Shown: positions 26,973 to 39,864 of the stretch, piece by piece | Layout: each line of letters starts with the position of its first letter | Position numbering within the stretch: position 1 is the stretch's first letter | Source of the DNA: Podarcis liolepis | Taxonomy: Eukaryota | Length of the DNA: 64,000 nt | Strand: one strand, 5' to 3' | NCBI GenBank assembly: GCA_965112155.1 | Contig: OZ218113.1 | The notes under the pieces: model-generated | What the model saw: only the letters and a program-made list of their open reading frames with translations | What the model was told of the DNA's origin: nothing | The model's database searches: none | Program-made: the position numbers and the translations under genes

Positions 26973-28257
26973 CAGGACAACTATGGCAAAAGTACACTTC
27001 AATCACACGAGACTAGGGACATTTACAGAGAGGACTTGATTACCTCAGAAATGGCGGCGCAAATTTGATTTGTGGTAGCCAAATACACCAGAAAAGGACC
27101 ACAAAGACAATTTTGCTGTATTTAGGTTAACCATGACTGTGGGGCAAGAAGCAGCAGGGCCACATGACCTACTATCCATAATATTACCATTGGGTGAAGA
27201 GCAAACTGAGGTTTCTGTACTTTTCATAGGCATTCAAATTTCCAGAATGTTATCCCTACAATGTTATGGGAAGCAAAGAACTATATCCATTTCAGAAGCC
27301 CACCCTGAACCAGCACCAACCAAGTACATGCCCCACATTCTGTACAAGTGAATCACAATGGCTCACAATATGTTACATCCCTCTTCTGCTTGGCACTAAT
27401 TTTATTTATCAGGCCGCCATTTGCTGTGCTTTGCCTCTTTCCCTGACAAAGAATATGACAGATCATCAGAAGAAAAGCCTGCAGCCTTAGCGGTGTAACA
27501 GATTGGTTTGCTCCTTTCCCTCTCCTACCCAGCTCTGTTTCTAGCAGGCAATTACCATGTGTGTAAATATTTTTGAAGGGAGAATATTTCAAAGAAAGCC
27601 GGGGTTTTGGATCTCTTCTTGTGTAGATAGATCTCTGTAGCTGGATGCCAAGCTGATGTCAAAGACTACAATTACTGAGGGAGCCCCAATAAAGGTTTAC
27701 TTTGGCAACTGTGGCAGACCTGTACAATTTTCGCTGTTAATTTTATCCCATTAAAATATTAGCCTACACTGTATTGACATCTCGCTATAAATGGGCCAGG
27801 TCACGTTATTCCCCAACCATCCTTCCCTTTTAGGTATTTTGCCTTTGCCCCCTGCCAGAGTCTGCACACATCCTTCCCACATAACCCTGCTGAGCGTGTC
27901 AGGTTGTGACCCAACTTGGCTGGATCCAAGTCAAGGGAGGACACAGCAGCAGCAGTTCTTGGATATGTTGAGAGAGAGAGAGGGAGGCTGCCGGGTAGAT
28001 GGAAAGAACACAGCTGAACTTCAGAGCCACCGAGGAAAAGAACAGAAGCAACAGGGTCAAGAGTTTAAATTGTGACAGCTGGATCAAGACTATCTGAAAG
28101 TTATAGCCACTGTCCCTTAACAGTCATGTGTGTACAACTGACTGCGGGTCAATCAGGGGCATGGCCAACATTGGGGTGTATGTATGTGTCACCATCATTA
28201 GGCACCTGCCGAGGCCCACACATCCTTGGGGGGGGGGGCACTGCTGACGCCCCTGAG

Positions 28258-28784
28258 CAGGGCCGGATTTACGTATAAGCTAAACAAGCTATAGCTTAGG
28301 GCCCCACTCTCTTGGGGGGGGATTAAAGGGGGGGACTGGATGTATGACTAAACAACAACAACAACAACATTTCCAATATATAAGATAAAAGACAAATAAA
28401 ATAAAACCCACATACAGCAACAGGAGAACAGCCTTTACCAAAGGTGTCATGGGCTTTGAAGACACTCGAACTCAGGGTGCAAGGGAGAAACGTGCTAAGA
28501 GGAAGGCACGCTTGGCAAATCCACACCGTGATCAACTCCCACCCGGAAACTAATCTCCCCACTGTGGAAGGACGTGTGGATACAGAATTGGCCTCCACAG
28601 TCACTTACGGACTCATTGTTAAAACCGTGTTTATGGAAGACACTCTTACTCGGCTATGAGTGATCACCAAAGAAGAATATTCAACACAAAAAAACAGTGA
28701 CAATTTGTTGTTGACAAAGGACAGCTGGACATATAAAGGGCCCCAATACCTTCAGTAGCCTCATCAAACCTAAATCCAGCCCTG
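28258..28784. mobile_element. hAT MITE (CAGGGCCGGATTT termini) with 8-bp TSD, containing an RTE fragment
   Basis: TIRs cagggccggattta / taaatccagccctg. TSD cccctgag at 28250-28257 and 28785-28792. Confidence 0.9.
28422..28677 (+). mobile_element. RTE-clade LINE 3' end (non-BovB)
   Basis: Translates as GVMGFEDTRTQGAREKRAKRKARLANPHRDQLPPGN*SPHCGRTCGYRIGLHSHLRTHC*, a C-terminal C2H2-like motif typical of RTE ORFs. Short 3' UTR and (GAA)n tail. Confidence 0.85.
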
Positions 28785-30795
28785 CCCCTGAGCCTCTTGG
28801 CTTTGCAGTTCCTTCTTCTTCATGTTGCCACCTCTTCAGATGCCTTCTCTGAACACGCAGTGTGACTCTGACCAGAGTGAAAATATGGCGCAGCATCTTT
28901 CATTCTCTGTTGGCTCTCTCTGAGCAATTCCTCACACTGGGCCTAGGGCAGAGGTGGGGAACCTCCAGCCCACAGGGCTAACTGGACCCAGCATGGGTTG
29001 CAACTGGGTCTGTGAGGCTGTTTTCCCTAAGCCATGGCCACCTGCACCACATTTGAACATCACTAGGGGAAGAGGGAGTTGCAGTCCAGCATTTGGAGGG
29101 CCACCACAGGTTTCTCACAATTGCCCCACACTGTCTCTACTTCTGTCCCCACACTGGCTGCACTCCTTGATCCACAGAGGCAAATCCTTGACTTGTGCCA
29201 CACAAAAGACACAGGGCTGTTGCAAGGTCAAAAGGAGAGACAGGAGGGAACTATGGATGTCCTCTTGAGTTCTTTGAAGCAAAGACTGGATATAAATATA
29301 ATAAAATGAAGTTGTCATGAAGAAATTATTCAGAACTAGGAGGGCCTCTTTACTGAGGAGTTTATGTCATTGCTCCCACCTCTGCGCAGAGGCAACATTT
29401 TGTATGAATAAGATCTGCAAAATATTATTGCAGCATTTTGAATATTTATCCTTTCATGCTGAAGCTCTTCAGCTGAACTATATAGTTGGCTGGGCTGCTA
29501 TATATTTGCTGGGAAAGCAGAAGGAACAGAAAGTACAGAACTTTATGAACTGTATTGGAAATCTAAACGCTTTGAGGAAGGGAGAAAGAAGGAAGGAAGG
29601 AAGGAAGGGAGCAGGTAACTGCTGGGCAGTGGCTGGAGGGGAGGAAAGGTGGCAGACGGTTGTCTTTCGAATGCTACAGCTACCTTGTATATCATCATAT
29701 CATGACTTTCATTCTGTCTCTCTCTCCCCCCAACCCCTCTGCACAGGATGGATGTGGACATAAAATCACACCTCGTATCTTCGTTTCTGTCAAGCTGAGT
29801 AAGAGTGCAAACGCTGGCACTGACAGAGAATGCCAAACAGGGCTTGGCATGCTACAACAAACTCCCAACTGTGGTCCTTGCCAAGTACCTGCATTTATCA
29901 TTGTAATGGCCTGCCAGACGGGACTTGGCAAAAGATGAAGAGGAGGAGGGAGGGGAGGAGGAAAGGAACAGAGCCAGGGCAATGCTGCCAAGCAATTCAT
30001 TTTAGGCACCTCCTGCTATCGCCGTACCTGCAGGGGAACCTTCATTTCATTTCATCTTTTCCGGCTTATTTATAGGAGCACCAAAATCCCGCTCGTCCAG
30101 AATCATTTCCCCTAGTGAAAGTGCTGCACCACCAAGCACCAGGAAGACAAGATACTTGTGAAAAATGTCTGAATGCTTTCTCTTTGGCTCTCATCCTTGG
30201 CTTGAAAGTGTTTCTGCAATCCCAGAAGGTTTCAAGTGCAACATATACAGATGTACAATGGAAGAATAGCATATAAAGCATCAAGTCCACCTATCGAAAT
30301 GGCTCTAAATCAGTGCTCAGATTAAGAGGGTTCTCCCCCATTTATCTCCCTTCCTACTAAAAAAGCAAGTACTAGTACAGCGAGATTATGTGGCTAAAAT
30401 TGGAGGGACAGGAGGAGTGAGGCTTTGTAGATTTTATTAACTATTTCAACCCCAATAATCGGAGCACCAGGTACCCTGACTCACTCTTGAATAGCTCAAA
30501 TGGTTCAGTTTTGAAACGTTGGCCAATATATATAATTGAAGCATAGTTTTGTTTCATATGTATTTGCTGCATGAAAAGAGACATGTGGGACACTGATCTG
30601 CATAAATATATACCGCTTTCAGATGCGTGCACATTACAGATATTCACACAACATTACTCCTTGCCGTTCCTGATCTATTTTTCATTTTCCATGTGTACTG
30701 CCAACTGGAAAAAGAAATAAATTTCCTGCTAGACAAACCTAGGTTGAATTTCTGGTAAATCTTATTTCTTTTGTATTTTAAAGGAGAGAGAGGGA

Positions 30796-30821
30796 GTGTG
30801 TGTGTGTGTGTGTGTGTGTGT
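30796..30821 (+). repeat. (GT)n microsatellite
   Basis: Directly visible. Confidence 0.95.
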
Positions 30822-32071
30822 AGGAGAGGGAGAGAGAAAGGGGACAAAAAGAAATTTATTTACAGTTTCAATATGCTCAGTGTTATTTGTCTGCTGTACA
30901 AAAATGTTGTGTGTGTTGTTATGCAATAGATGCTACATCAGTTCAAAATTAAGTGACACGTTAAGAGTGGGTTCTTTATACTGAATAGTTTGATGTCTTG
31001 AAATACAGAAAACACACTCCGCATAATCTTAGCCTGTGCAGGTGCAATGCCCATGCGAGTGGGGTTGGTTCCTTCAGCCCTGTGTTAAATTCTTCTCAGT
31101 GCTCTGGTTAGTACTAGGCAGCTGGGTCCAGCTACCATTTATATGAACTGGCTTTCGGAGAGGGGGATTTTAAGTGGGAAAGTGACAGACAGAGGGTACT
31201 TAACCTTTTCACTGTCTGTGTTTTTTTGGTGTGTTTTTTTCTCCAAATTGCACTCACCACAAGGTTCCAAATGTGTTTTGAACAATGCCCCAGACAAACG
31301 CATTAGGCACCCTGCAGGTGGAAAATTCCACTTGAAGGGGGCAAAGGGGAAAAAGTGGGCAGAGAACCCGGTACTCTAAATTCGGCTGCGACTGCTCCTC
31401 TGTTTTTTCCCCTAGCTGTTCTTGTCACTTTGTCACACGCATTTACATGTAATACGTCATTATCCCCTAAGCCAGCTCATTAAGTGGCTTAACAGCATGA
31501 TTCTATGCATATTTACTTAGAAGTAAATCCCACTGTGTTCAATGGGGCTTATGTTTGGGTAAGGGTAGTCTTCCAGAACAAGGGTGGCATTAACGTTGGG
31601 TTTTTTTACTTCCCTCAAATCCTTCCTTACAACCCATCTTTTCCATTAAGTCTTTGGCACAACTCCTTACTTCTCATCCCCTACGCCTACAGCAACTCAG
31701 CCTGTTATTAAGCCTAAGTATGGTGCAATTGCCATCTACCCAAATGTTCAGCCCTTGCCCAATGACTTACAGGTTCTATGCACTTTCAGTGTCCTTTTCA
31801 TATGGCCAATGCCAGAGTAGCATTGGCAAGTTCAGCTAAGATAATTCCACCTATGACTGCTGGGAGCCTTCCAGGAGCTGTGCGGTAACATTCCCATGAC
31901 AATTTTGCCATCTATACTATTCCCAGGATTGCATGTACAAGCTGGAGAAAGGTTGCCAGCTTATTTGAAAGAAAACAATCCCCCCCCCCTTTTAATCTGC
32001 AAGTAGTAGCATTAGGTTAGATGCCCAGCATTGGTGGTGGTGGGGAAATGCAGTTATTCTTTATTATGAAA

Positions 32072-32429
32072 GGGACGCGAGTGGCGCTGTGGTCTAAACC
32101 ACAGAGCCTAGGGCTTGCCAATCAGAAGGTCAGCAGTTCGAACCCCTGCGACGGGGTGAGCTCCCTTTGCTCGGTCCCTGCTCCTGCCAACCTAGCAGTT
32201 TGAAAGCACATCAAAGTGCAAGTAGATAAATAGTTACCGCTCCAACGGGAAGGTAAATGGCGTTTCCGTGTGCTGCTCTTGTTCGCCAGAAGTGGCTCAG
32301 TCATGCTGGCCACATGACCCGGAAGCTGTACGCCGGCTCCATCATCTAGTAAAGCGAGATGAGCCCCGCAACCCCAGGGTCGGCCACGACTGGACCTAAC
32401 GGTCAGGGGTCCCTTTACATTTTTACCTT
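32072..32429 (+). mobile_element. Full-length Sauria SINE
   Basis: tRNA-like head gggacgcgagtggcgctgtgg...gttcgaacccc, core gtgcaagtagataaatag, (ACCTTT)-like tail. TSD ttatgaaa at 32064-32071 and 32430-32437. Confidence 0.93.
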
Positions 32430-35400
32430 TTATGAAAAAAGGAGGGGCTAACCCTTTGAATTTTATGTTTCTAAGCCATTCTACTAGTGTTTTCTGTTCT
32501 CCAGCCTGCAATGAAGTACTTTAAAAATGGCAGTAAAAACCTGTACTATACCTGCATTAACTACCTCTCTTTTCTATGGAAGTGATCATTCTTTGTTTTC
32601 CTCTCCTGATATATTACCCAACATCTGATAGTGAAAAATAGGCATGCTAACAGCATAATCCTATATACTCAGAAGCAAGTCCCACTTATGTCAATGGAGC
32701 TGAGTCCCAGGTAAGGGGTACAGGACTGCAAAGTGAGTGTACAGCAGCAAGCACAGTTAGGGCAGTTTGCAGCTCCCAGGCTTCCTTGTGACTCAGGCAG
32801 AGTGAGGGAGAGCCACTTGAAACCAACAGAGAAGAGGCAGTGAGCCTTGCAGCCAATTTAAAAGGAGAGGGCAGCGGGCAACATCTCAAGGTAAAGCAGG
32901 AGTGGTGTTGGAATGGGGAGCGCCAGGTTTATCCCTAATAAAAGACCCTACCCTCTCCTCTCCCTCCTTGTGGTGGTGGTGGTGGGGAGAAGAGTGAGTC
33001 AGCAGCTGCAGTCTGGTGGAATTTACCTGATAGAAGCCAAGCCCAAGCAACAAGGCACCACTCTCACCTGGTAGCAAATGCTGGGCCTGGTAACAACCTA
33101 CTCTGAAACATCAAGCCCCACAAACTTCTTCTCCCTTCCCTGCTCCTGAAGGCACTGCTGTGTTAGCTCCCTGTCTCACGGGTCAGAGTTTTACTTGACC
33201 GTCTCCCATCAAGTTAGCTTGGCACCCAGCACCCTTTGTCTAGTTTTAGGCACCAGGCATAACCTTTCCTTTTTACCCAGACTTTTGGGTAACCTGTATT
33301 TTATTTGTATATGTATGTGTTTTGCTTGGGTTTGTTGTTGTTGATGATGATTGGAATTGATTTTTGTTGTATAAAGAGCAAAATGAAATGAAGTGTGAAC
33401 AGCTCAAGAAGCTGGCAGTCGGAGCCCCATCTGTGCTCCACGTTTAAAGCAGTATCATGCCACTTTAAACAGCCATGGTTTTCGCCAAAGAATCTTGGGA
33501 GCTATAGTTTAAGAGTGGTGAGAGGTGTGGAGACAAACCCTATTCCCCTCACGGAGTTACAATTCCCAGAGAATAAGGATTGACTGTTAAACCGCTCTGG
33601 AGATTGGTAGCAAGAATGCTCGGTATGACTCAGAGGCAGTGTGTCTAGCATGGGAAGCTTGGAGAGGGAGCGCGAGGGATGGCTGATTCTACTGTTCTCA
33701 CTTCCAGTCAAACATGCAAAGAGAATCCTTGAGGATGTCCCCCACTGTGAGATCTGAGAGTCCCGGATGACCTCTGGAATGCACATGACAGCAGAAACTG
33801 TAATCGCTTGCCCTTCTGCTGGGAACATCCAAACTGACTAAAGGGGCATTCTATAACTCAGCAGTCCCTATCATGTGACCATACACTCTAGCTTCTTAGC
33901 AGAGGGGATCTCAAGGAAGGCTCCAGTAATTCTTGAAGTGCTGTGCAAGTGCCCTGGAGTCTCACTCTGTGTCCAGGAGTATATGTTACTTCCTTCATCC
34001 AGACGCAGAATTAAAAAAAAGCAAAGCAATGAACTTTTGCTTGTTCTCCGCTTGCCCCACTAAAATGATTTTATTTTTTGCAGCGGGAGGAGGTCAGCTC
34101 ACCACCCACCCACCAGTTATTTGCTCCTTTCTACTTCAATGCTCCCAAATATTTTTGGCAGTCTCCCAGGCTAGAGCCTTATCTGTGCCATCCCCCATGG
34201 CAGACGTGCAGCAGCTGTTGAGGCTTATCACAGGCTGCCTGTCCACAGAGTTTACAAATTAACACCCTATCGAGGCTCCCCAAAGGCTGATTAATCAGAG
34301 AGAGGCAGTCTGAGGGCCTTTATCATGGCAAGCGGCTGCTGGAGAGAAGGAACAAATCTCTCAGGAGGGTGGAGATGCCTTACAAATGAAAGAGACAGCG
34401 AGAGAGGCAGAATAGTAAAAGGAGTAGATTTTGTAGAGATAGTAGATGGCAGAGCTAATGGATTGAGGGACAGGGAGAGGGAGGGGACAGTGGGCTAGAG
34501 GGCAATGCAAGAACATCATGGCAGTAAAAAAAAGAGATAATTAACAACCTAGACCTCATGATTCTAGATGTCTCCCCTGCAAGGCTGCAGCAGCCTTGCT
34601 CCAGAGGGCAATTTCTAATATGTTGAACACATTGCTGTGATACACAGAACAATTTTCCCTTATGTGAAATAACTTCTTTTCATGGCGGCTTAAAAAGAGG
34701 CCCAATTTAATATAAAGGAGGATAACGCTGAGATGTATATGCAGAAACATCCTTTTGGTTCAGCCAAGTTTGCCCTTCAACAAGCCCTGCATTTTCATAT
34801 TGCATCCACCTGTTATGCCACAGTGTTATTGATAAGCAGTGTGAATCCATCAAGTTTGACCTAGAGGCTGCTCCATGTTTAAAAAGCCAGTGCTTGTTTA
34901 ATTTCTGCTACAAAAATCAAGGCCTGGGATCAGGACCAGGAAGACATGGTGTTCTTAGTTCCCACCTGAGAAATCAACAGGATGCTCAATGCTCCTACCC
35001 CTTCCAGTTTCTAAAAGGTATTCATTGGTGCCACCCATTTGACACAGTTTCTAAGAAAATGCTCAGACTCTCTCCTTGCTACTCCAAAGCTGCCAACACT
35101 TTCCCATAAGCCAGTGTGCTTCTGGAAGGCCCCCATCTATCCAATTTCTTAAGGAATTTTGGATTCTTGTAGTTGCGATGCATTCCGAGAGGGCTTCCCC
35201 CACATACTAAGCTTCCCAAAATAAGTTTCCATAGTAACACACCCCTAAACCTCCAAATCCAGACTAAGTCTCAGCAGCCCCCAACTCACTTTCCACATAT
35301 TTCTGAGTCAATAGAACTTGTCACGAGCAGCCTTCAAAACAACTTAGGCCACAATCTACATTAGGGCTCCCTTCTCTGTGGACAATGTGCAGTTCCAAGT

Positions 35401-35720
35401 GATGATACAGTTGGCTTATCGTGGATGTGAGACTGGGAAGACCTGCTCCTGCCTTGCAAGCCTTTTCCCACCTGGCCTGGGAGAGTGGGGCTCTCATTTG
35501 ACTCCAGCTACAAAAGCTGAGGCTGCTGAAGAGGCCAGAGACCGGCCGTCTTGGCTGTCTCTTAGGGCAGACCCAGGGTCATTGAGCCTGCGCTTCCACA
35601 GTCGTCGTGCGCCATGAACCATCATTGGCAGGATTGCTAGCAACAGCATCAGATATATTCTGTGCTTATGATAATATTTTATTCTCCTGTTAATTGTGCT
35701 GTTTTAAAGATGTTACATAT

Positions 35721-35925
35721 CTTTAGGCACCAGGCAAAAACCTTCCTGTTCTCCCAGGCCTTTGGCTAATTAAGCAATCATTGACCTTTTAAACTGTGTG
35801 GGGGTGTGTGTGTGTGCGTGTGTTATTGTTTGTTATTATGTTATGCACTTTTTTGTGTTTTAATTGTAAACCATCCTGTGATCCTCGGATGAAGGGAGGT
35901 GTAGAAATTTAGTAAATAATAACAA
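35721..35925 (+). mobile_element. L2 LINE 3' end
   Basis: tttaggcaccaggcaaaaaccttcctgttctcccaggcctttggctaa (FRHQAKTFLFSQAFG*), 3' UTR, then tgtaaaccatcctgtgatcctcggatgaaggg..aaat tail. Confidence 0.75.
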
Positions 35926-35927
35926 TA

Positions 35928-36180
35928 CAGTGGTACCTCGCAAGACGAATGCCTCGCAAGACGAAAAACTCGCAAGACGAAAGAGTTTTTCGTTTTTTGA
36001 GTTGCTTCGCAAGACGAATTTCCCTATGGGCTTGCTTCGCAAGACGAAAACGTCTTGCAAGATTGTTTCCTTTTTCTTAAAACTGTTAATACCCAGGGAA
36101 ACCGTGTTTCGCAAGATGAAAAATTCGCTAGATGAAAAAACTCACAGAACAAATTAATTTCATCTTGCGAGGCACCACTG
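35928..36180 (-). mobile_element. Tc1/mariner-pogo type MITE (CGTCTTGCG-repeat family), complete
   Basis: TA|cagtggtacctcgcaagacgaa ... ttcatcttgcgaggcaccactg|TA. Orientation is opposite to the 26564 and 57459 copies. Confidence 0.92.
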
Positions 36181-36440
36181 TAATAACAACCCCCAAACAT
36201 CCTGCTCATATTGACAGCTTCACTAACAACTTTTCTCTCCTGTGCAGTGTTTGCCTTTTAGGTCTATTTCTGAATGTTTGATTTGGAATGAAGGGAGAAG
36301 GGCATTTTTTCTGTATTTTTTTGGGGGGGGGGTTTATTTGGTTATTTCTGTTTTTTATTTTGATTATGTTTTCTGTGTTTTTATATTGTAATTTTATCCT
36401 GTGAACTGCCTTGAGACCTGCGGACATAGGGCAGTATATA

Positions 36441-36609
36441 CCGTATTTTTTGCACCATAACACTCACTTTTTTCCTCCTAAAAAGTAAGGGGAAATGTCT
36501 GTGCGTGTTATGGAGGAAATGCCTACGGGTGGCATGCCTACGGATTTTCCTCCTCTAAAAACTACGTGCGTGTTATGGTTGGGTGCGTGTTATAGAGCGA
36601 AAAATACGG
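36441..36609. mobile_element. Tc2/pogo-like MITE nested in an L2-like tail
   Basis: TA|ccgtattttttgcaccataacac ... gtgttatagagcgaaaaatacgg|TA, with three gtgcgtgttat repeats. Host tail tgtgaactgccttgag..gggcagtatata|aatg..aataataaa flanks it. Confidence 0.88.
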
Positions 36610-37035
36610 TAAATGTAACAGTTAATAATAAATAATAAACAATGCATTTTGGGAGCGCATGGGTCCCACAGAGTGCACACAGTTCATACCCATGGCTCAA
36701 AACAATGAACAAATCTTTGGATAGGTGTACTGGTGTTGGCAGGGAGAAAGTACAGGCTGTTTCCTTTTTGGCTCTTTTGGGTTCTTGGCTGTAGCTGGAA
36801 CGAGGATCTGCAGGGCTCAAGTCATTATAAGAGATTTTCCTGCCATTTAGGTTTCAACTTTCTTCCATTCCACTATCTCCAGAACACCCTTAAGCTGCGG
36901 CACTCTTCCCAGGTTACAATTTTGCATGGCAGCTGAAAAACACTGGCCGTATTTGCTGGAAGCCCACGTAACAAGAAACCACTGGCACATAACCGCTACT
37001 TTAAGTTGTAATGCACACCTCATTTCCTTCTGAAG

Positions 37036-37338
37036 CATAAGAATATAGGAAGCTGCCATATACGGAGTCAGGCCATTGGTCCATCTAGCTCAGTAGTGTC
37101 TGCACCAGGGATAGTCAATGTGGTGCCCTCAGGCTGTTGTTGGACTACAACTCCCAGGAGCCCCAGCCAGGTATGGCCAATGGTCAGGGATGTGGCTACC
37201 CCTGGTCTACACTGACTGGCAACAGTCACTCAGAGTTTAAGGCGGGCATTCTTTCCCAGCCCTAACTGGAGAAGCTGGGGATCAAACCTGGGATCTTCTG
37301 CGTGCAAAGCAGATGCCTCTACCACTGAGCTACAGCCC
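37036..37338 (-). mobile_element. tRNA-derived squamate SINE (Squam3-like), interrupted by a hAT MITE
   Basis: Antisense head accactgagctacagccc and ggggatcaaacctggga. Antisense tail ataggaagctgcc..gagtcaggccattggtccatctagctcag. Confidence 0.8.
37106..37204. mobile_element. Internally deleted MER5-like hAT MITE
   Basis: cagggatagtca ... tggctacccctg. TSD gtctgcac / gtctacac (7/8). Confidence 0.8.
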
Positions 37339-37889
37339 TTACCCACACTCTCTCTGCACACAAAGAGAGTTCTGTAACCTGAGAGATCACAGTCCACGAT
37401 AGCTCATCAGCCTTGGTTTCCAGTTCAGGAAAGAGACTCATCTGTTTACTACTGTTCACCCAAGGATTTTAGTGGCTTTCAGTTGGTGCTGGGTTTGGTC
37501 TACTCTGCTGCTGTTTGCTGCTTCTCTTGGTTGATGATTTGACAAATTTGTTTACTGTTTTATTTATTTGCTTGTTTATATAACTTATCTTATGCTGTAG
37601 CCTGCACAGGTATGGGTACTGATGAAGGGTGGTCTATAAACCTCTTAAGAAAACAAGAAATCATAAACAAAGATGCTCCCTGCTCCTGGGTGGTCCTGAG
37701 GAAATAAATAGTCTTTCGGCAAAGAATGAAAAGGGCCATGCCAAACGCTGCCAATTAAGACTCCAGTTTGACAATCACTAGAAATACAGTTGTGGTTCTC
37801 CCAACATGCTCTTGCCAACATGGCGCCCTACAGATGAAACTACAACTGAGCTGAAGTCCAACAATGTTCTTGCTGCAGCCATTGTGGCT

Positions 37890-38143
37890 CATCAGGTCCC
37901 TGAGGTTTGGTTGGCCTTTACCAGGGGCCAACCCTTTAGTGTGGCAGGCCATGCCCTGTGGAACTCCCTGCCAATGGAAGCTTGGCAGTTACTTTCTTTT
38001 AGATGTTATTCAAACAGGCTTTCACAATGTGAATTTTCACCAATCAGTGCCTACTGCTGTTTATATTGTCGTTTTGTATGGTGTACACCACCTTGACGCA
38101 TTTTTTAAAATGAAAGTGTGGTTTATACATATTTAAATAAATA
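37890..38143 (+). mobile_element. L2 LINE 3' end
   Basis: ccctttagtgtggcaggccatgccctgtggaactccctgcca (FSVAG.ALWNSLP) through an aaataaataa tail. Confidence 0.7.
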
Positions 38144-39530
38144 ACTTTCTCCCTGGTTGCTGCTCCTCCCAATCCAGCAGAAAGGTGAGCAGAAATAAAC
38201 TGCTCGCCATATGCTCTAGAGGGGCAAAACAAAAATATAGCGTATCAGCTCTGCAAAAATAATCTCTGTCACTGAGCTACAAAAGAAAAAGAAGAAAAAC
38301 AGAAATAAAGAGGCCACTCCTGATCTCTTGCTCGTACACGGCATCTCTCAACTTACATCCTTTTGAAAGAAATGTTTTGTTTTGTTGCCTTCCAAAGCAG
38401 TCCTGCAATCTGTCAACCAATTACGAGTGACGCTTCAGCAACAAAAGTGTGGTGGATCCATTTACTTTCATACTGAAATAATGCAAATGAATCTGACTTT
38501 TGGCTCCAGTCCCGCTGCTTTCAAAGCTGGGACTCCGTGCATTTCCAATTCCTGCCCTTTCCTCTCCTCCCCCCCTCTGCGTTCCCCCTTCTGCTACAAA
38601 ATGTCACCAATTTATTTTAGCCCAGGGGCCCATTTCGAGTTTTACCGCTAATATATGAGAAATGCATTTTTCAAGCTGTTACCACTTAACTGAACTGATA
38701 TCAGCCACTCAGGGGACACAATATTGTTTACACATCCTGCTCTATGGAATAAGTGCGGATGCCAAAATCTCTGCCTGGGCTCTGGAAGGAGACGTTTACT
38801 CTCTGTTTTATGAGATTTTCTCGATTTGTGGCTGTCTCAATGGTCGTAAAAACAGCTGTAAATCAAAAGAGCACAACAAAATTGCAATAACAACTGTCGA
38901 ACCCAGCTCTAAAGAGCATAACTCCCAGCAACAGAAGGTGGAAGACTTTCTGCTGATTTAATACCAGGTGTGAGGGAGTCCTCACAGGCCCCTGTACAGC
39001 ACAGTGTATTGAATAACACCAAGCCTTATTTGCATGCCAAGAGACAATCTCCTACACCACCACATGGCTCTCATATTGCCTCTCCTCATTTCCACGCTTG
39101 GGGCCGCCTCTTCGCCTCTTCTCCACTCAATTTTCCTTCACATAGGGCTTTCAAATACAGCGGAGAGTGCTTAAACAAATAACTGCTAAACACATAATGC
39201 TGTTTAAAGCATTAACGGGGTGAGGAGAGAAGCCAACCTAAAGTCCTCATAAAAAAACAACCTGGGACCTCTTGCCGTGCGCCACGGTCAATAGTTTTAA
39301 CAGATCGCTTCAGCCATTCATAGGAGCACGGATTTTCCCCCTCAGAGGATATTTCTCTTCACGTCATCCTTGGGCACCCCTGTTCCTGCCATTCCCTCAG
39401 CCAGAGCCCACACTCCTTTTGCCCCCCCGACACACACATAATCATTAATCAAATCAGTCTCTTTGAAATCCCTTTTCAGTCTCTGGTGACCAGTCAGGTG
39501 CAAGCCTGCGCAAGCAAACATCCACTAAGG

Positions 39531-39864
39531 CAGGGGTCTGCAACCTTTAAGACAAAAAGAGCCACTTGGACCCGTTTCCAAAGAAAAAACAACAACTGGG
39601 AGCCGCAAAACCATTGCGACATTTAAAACAAATATATCTCCGGAGCCACGATCTGACAGCGGGTGGGAAGGTGACGTCGGGACGGTGCATGACTAATGCA
39701 CGCACCGCCCCCATGCGACGTCACAGCCAGTACAGCGCCCGCCACAGTGAGGAGTGTCGGGGCGCACAATGCGCCTCCTCCCCTCGCTAGTATCTGCCCC
39801 GGAGCCGCAGCAAAGATGTAAAAGAGCCGCATGCGGCTCCGGAGCCGCGGGTTGCAGACCCCTG
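39531..39864. mobile_element. hAT (Buster/Charlie-type) MITE with 8-bp TSD and CpG-rich interior
   Basis: Perfect 15-bp TIRs caggggtctgcaacc / ggttgcagacccctg. TSD cactaagg at 39523-39530 and 39865-39872. Multiple gagccgc/gagccac subterminal repeats. Confidence 0.93.

Noticed and set aside
26664-27068. ORFs spanning the first N-gap (likewise 42252-42777)
   Set aside because: Open only because the N runs contain no stops.
28154-28255. Independent hAT MITE (caggggc...gcccctg)
   Set aside because: Short TIR-like ends but no matching 8-bp TSD, so it is not listed as a feature.
32072-32150. tRNA gene
   Set aside because: The A and B boxes belong to a SINE head and there is no complete cloverleaf. 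The same applies to the Squam3-like heads.
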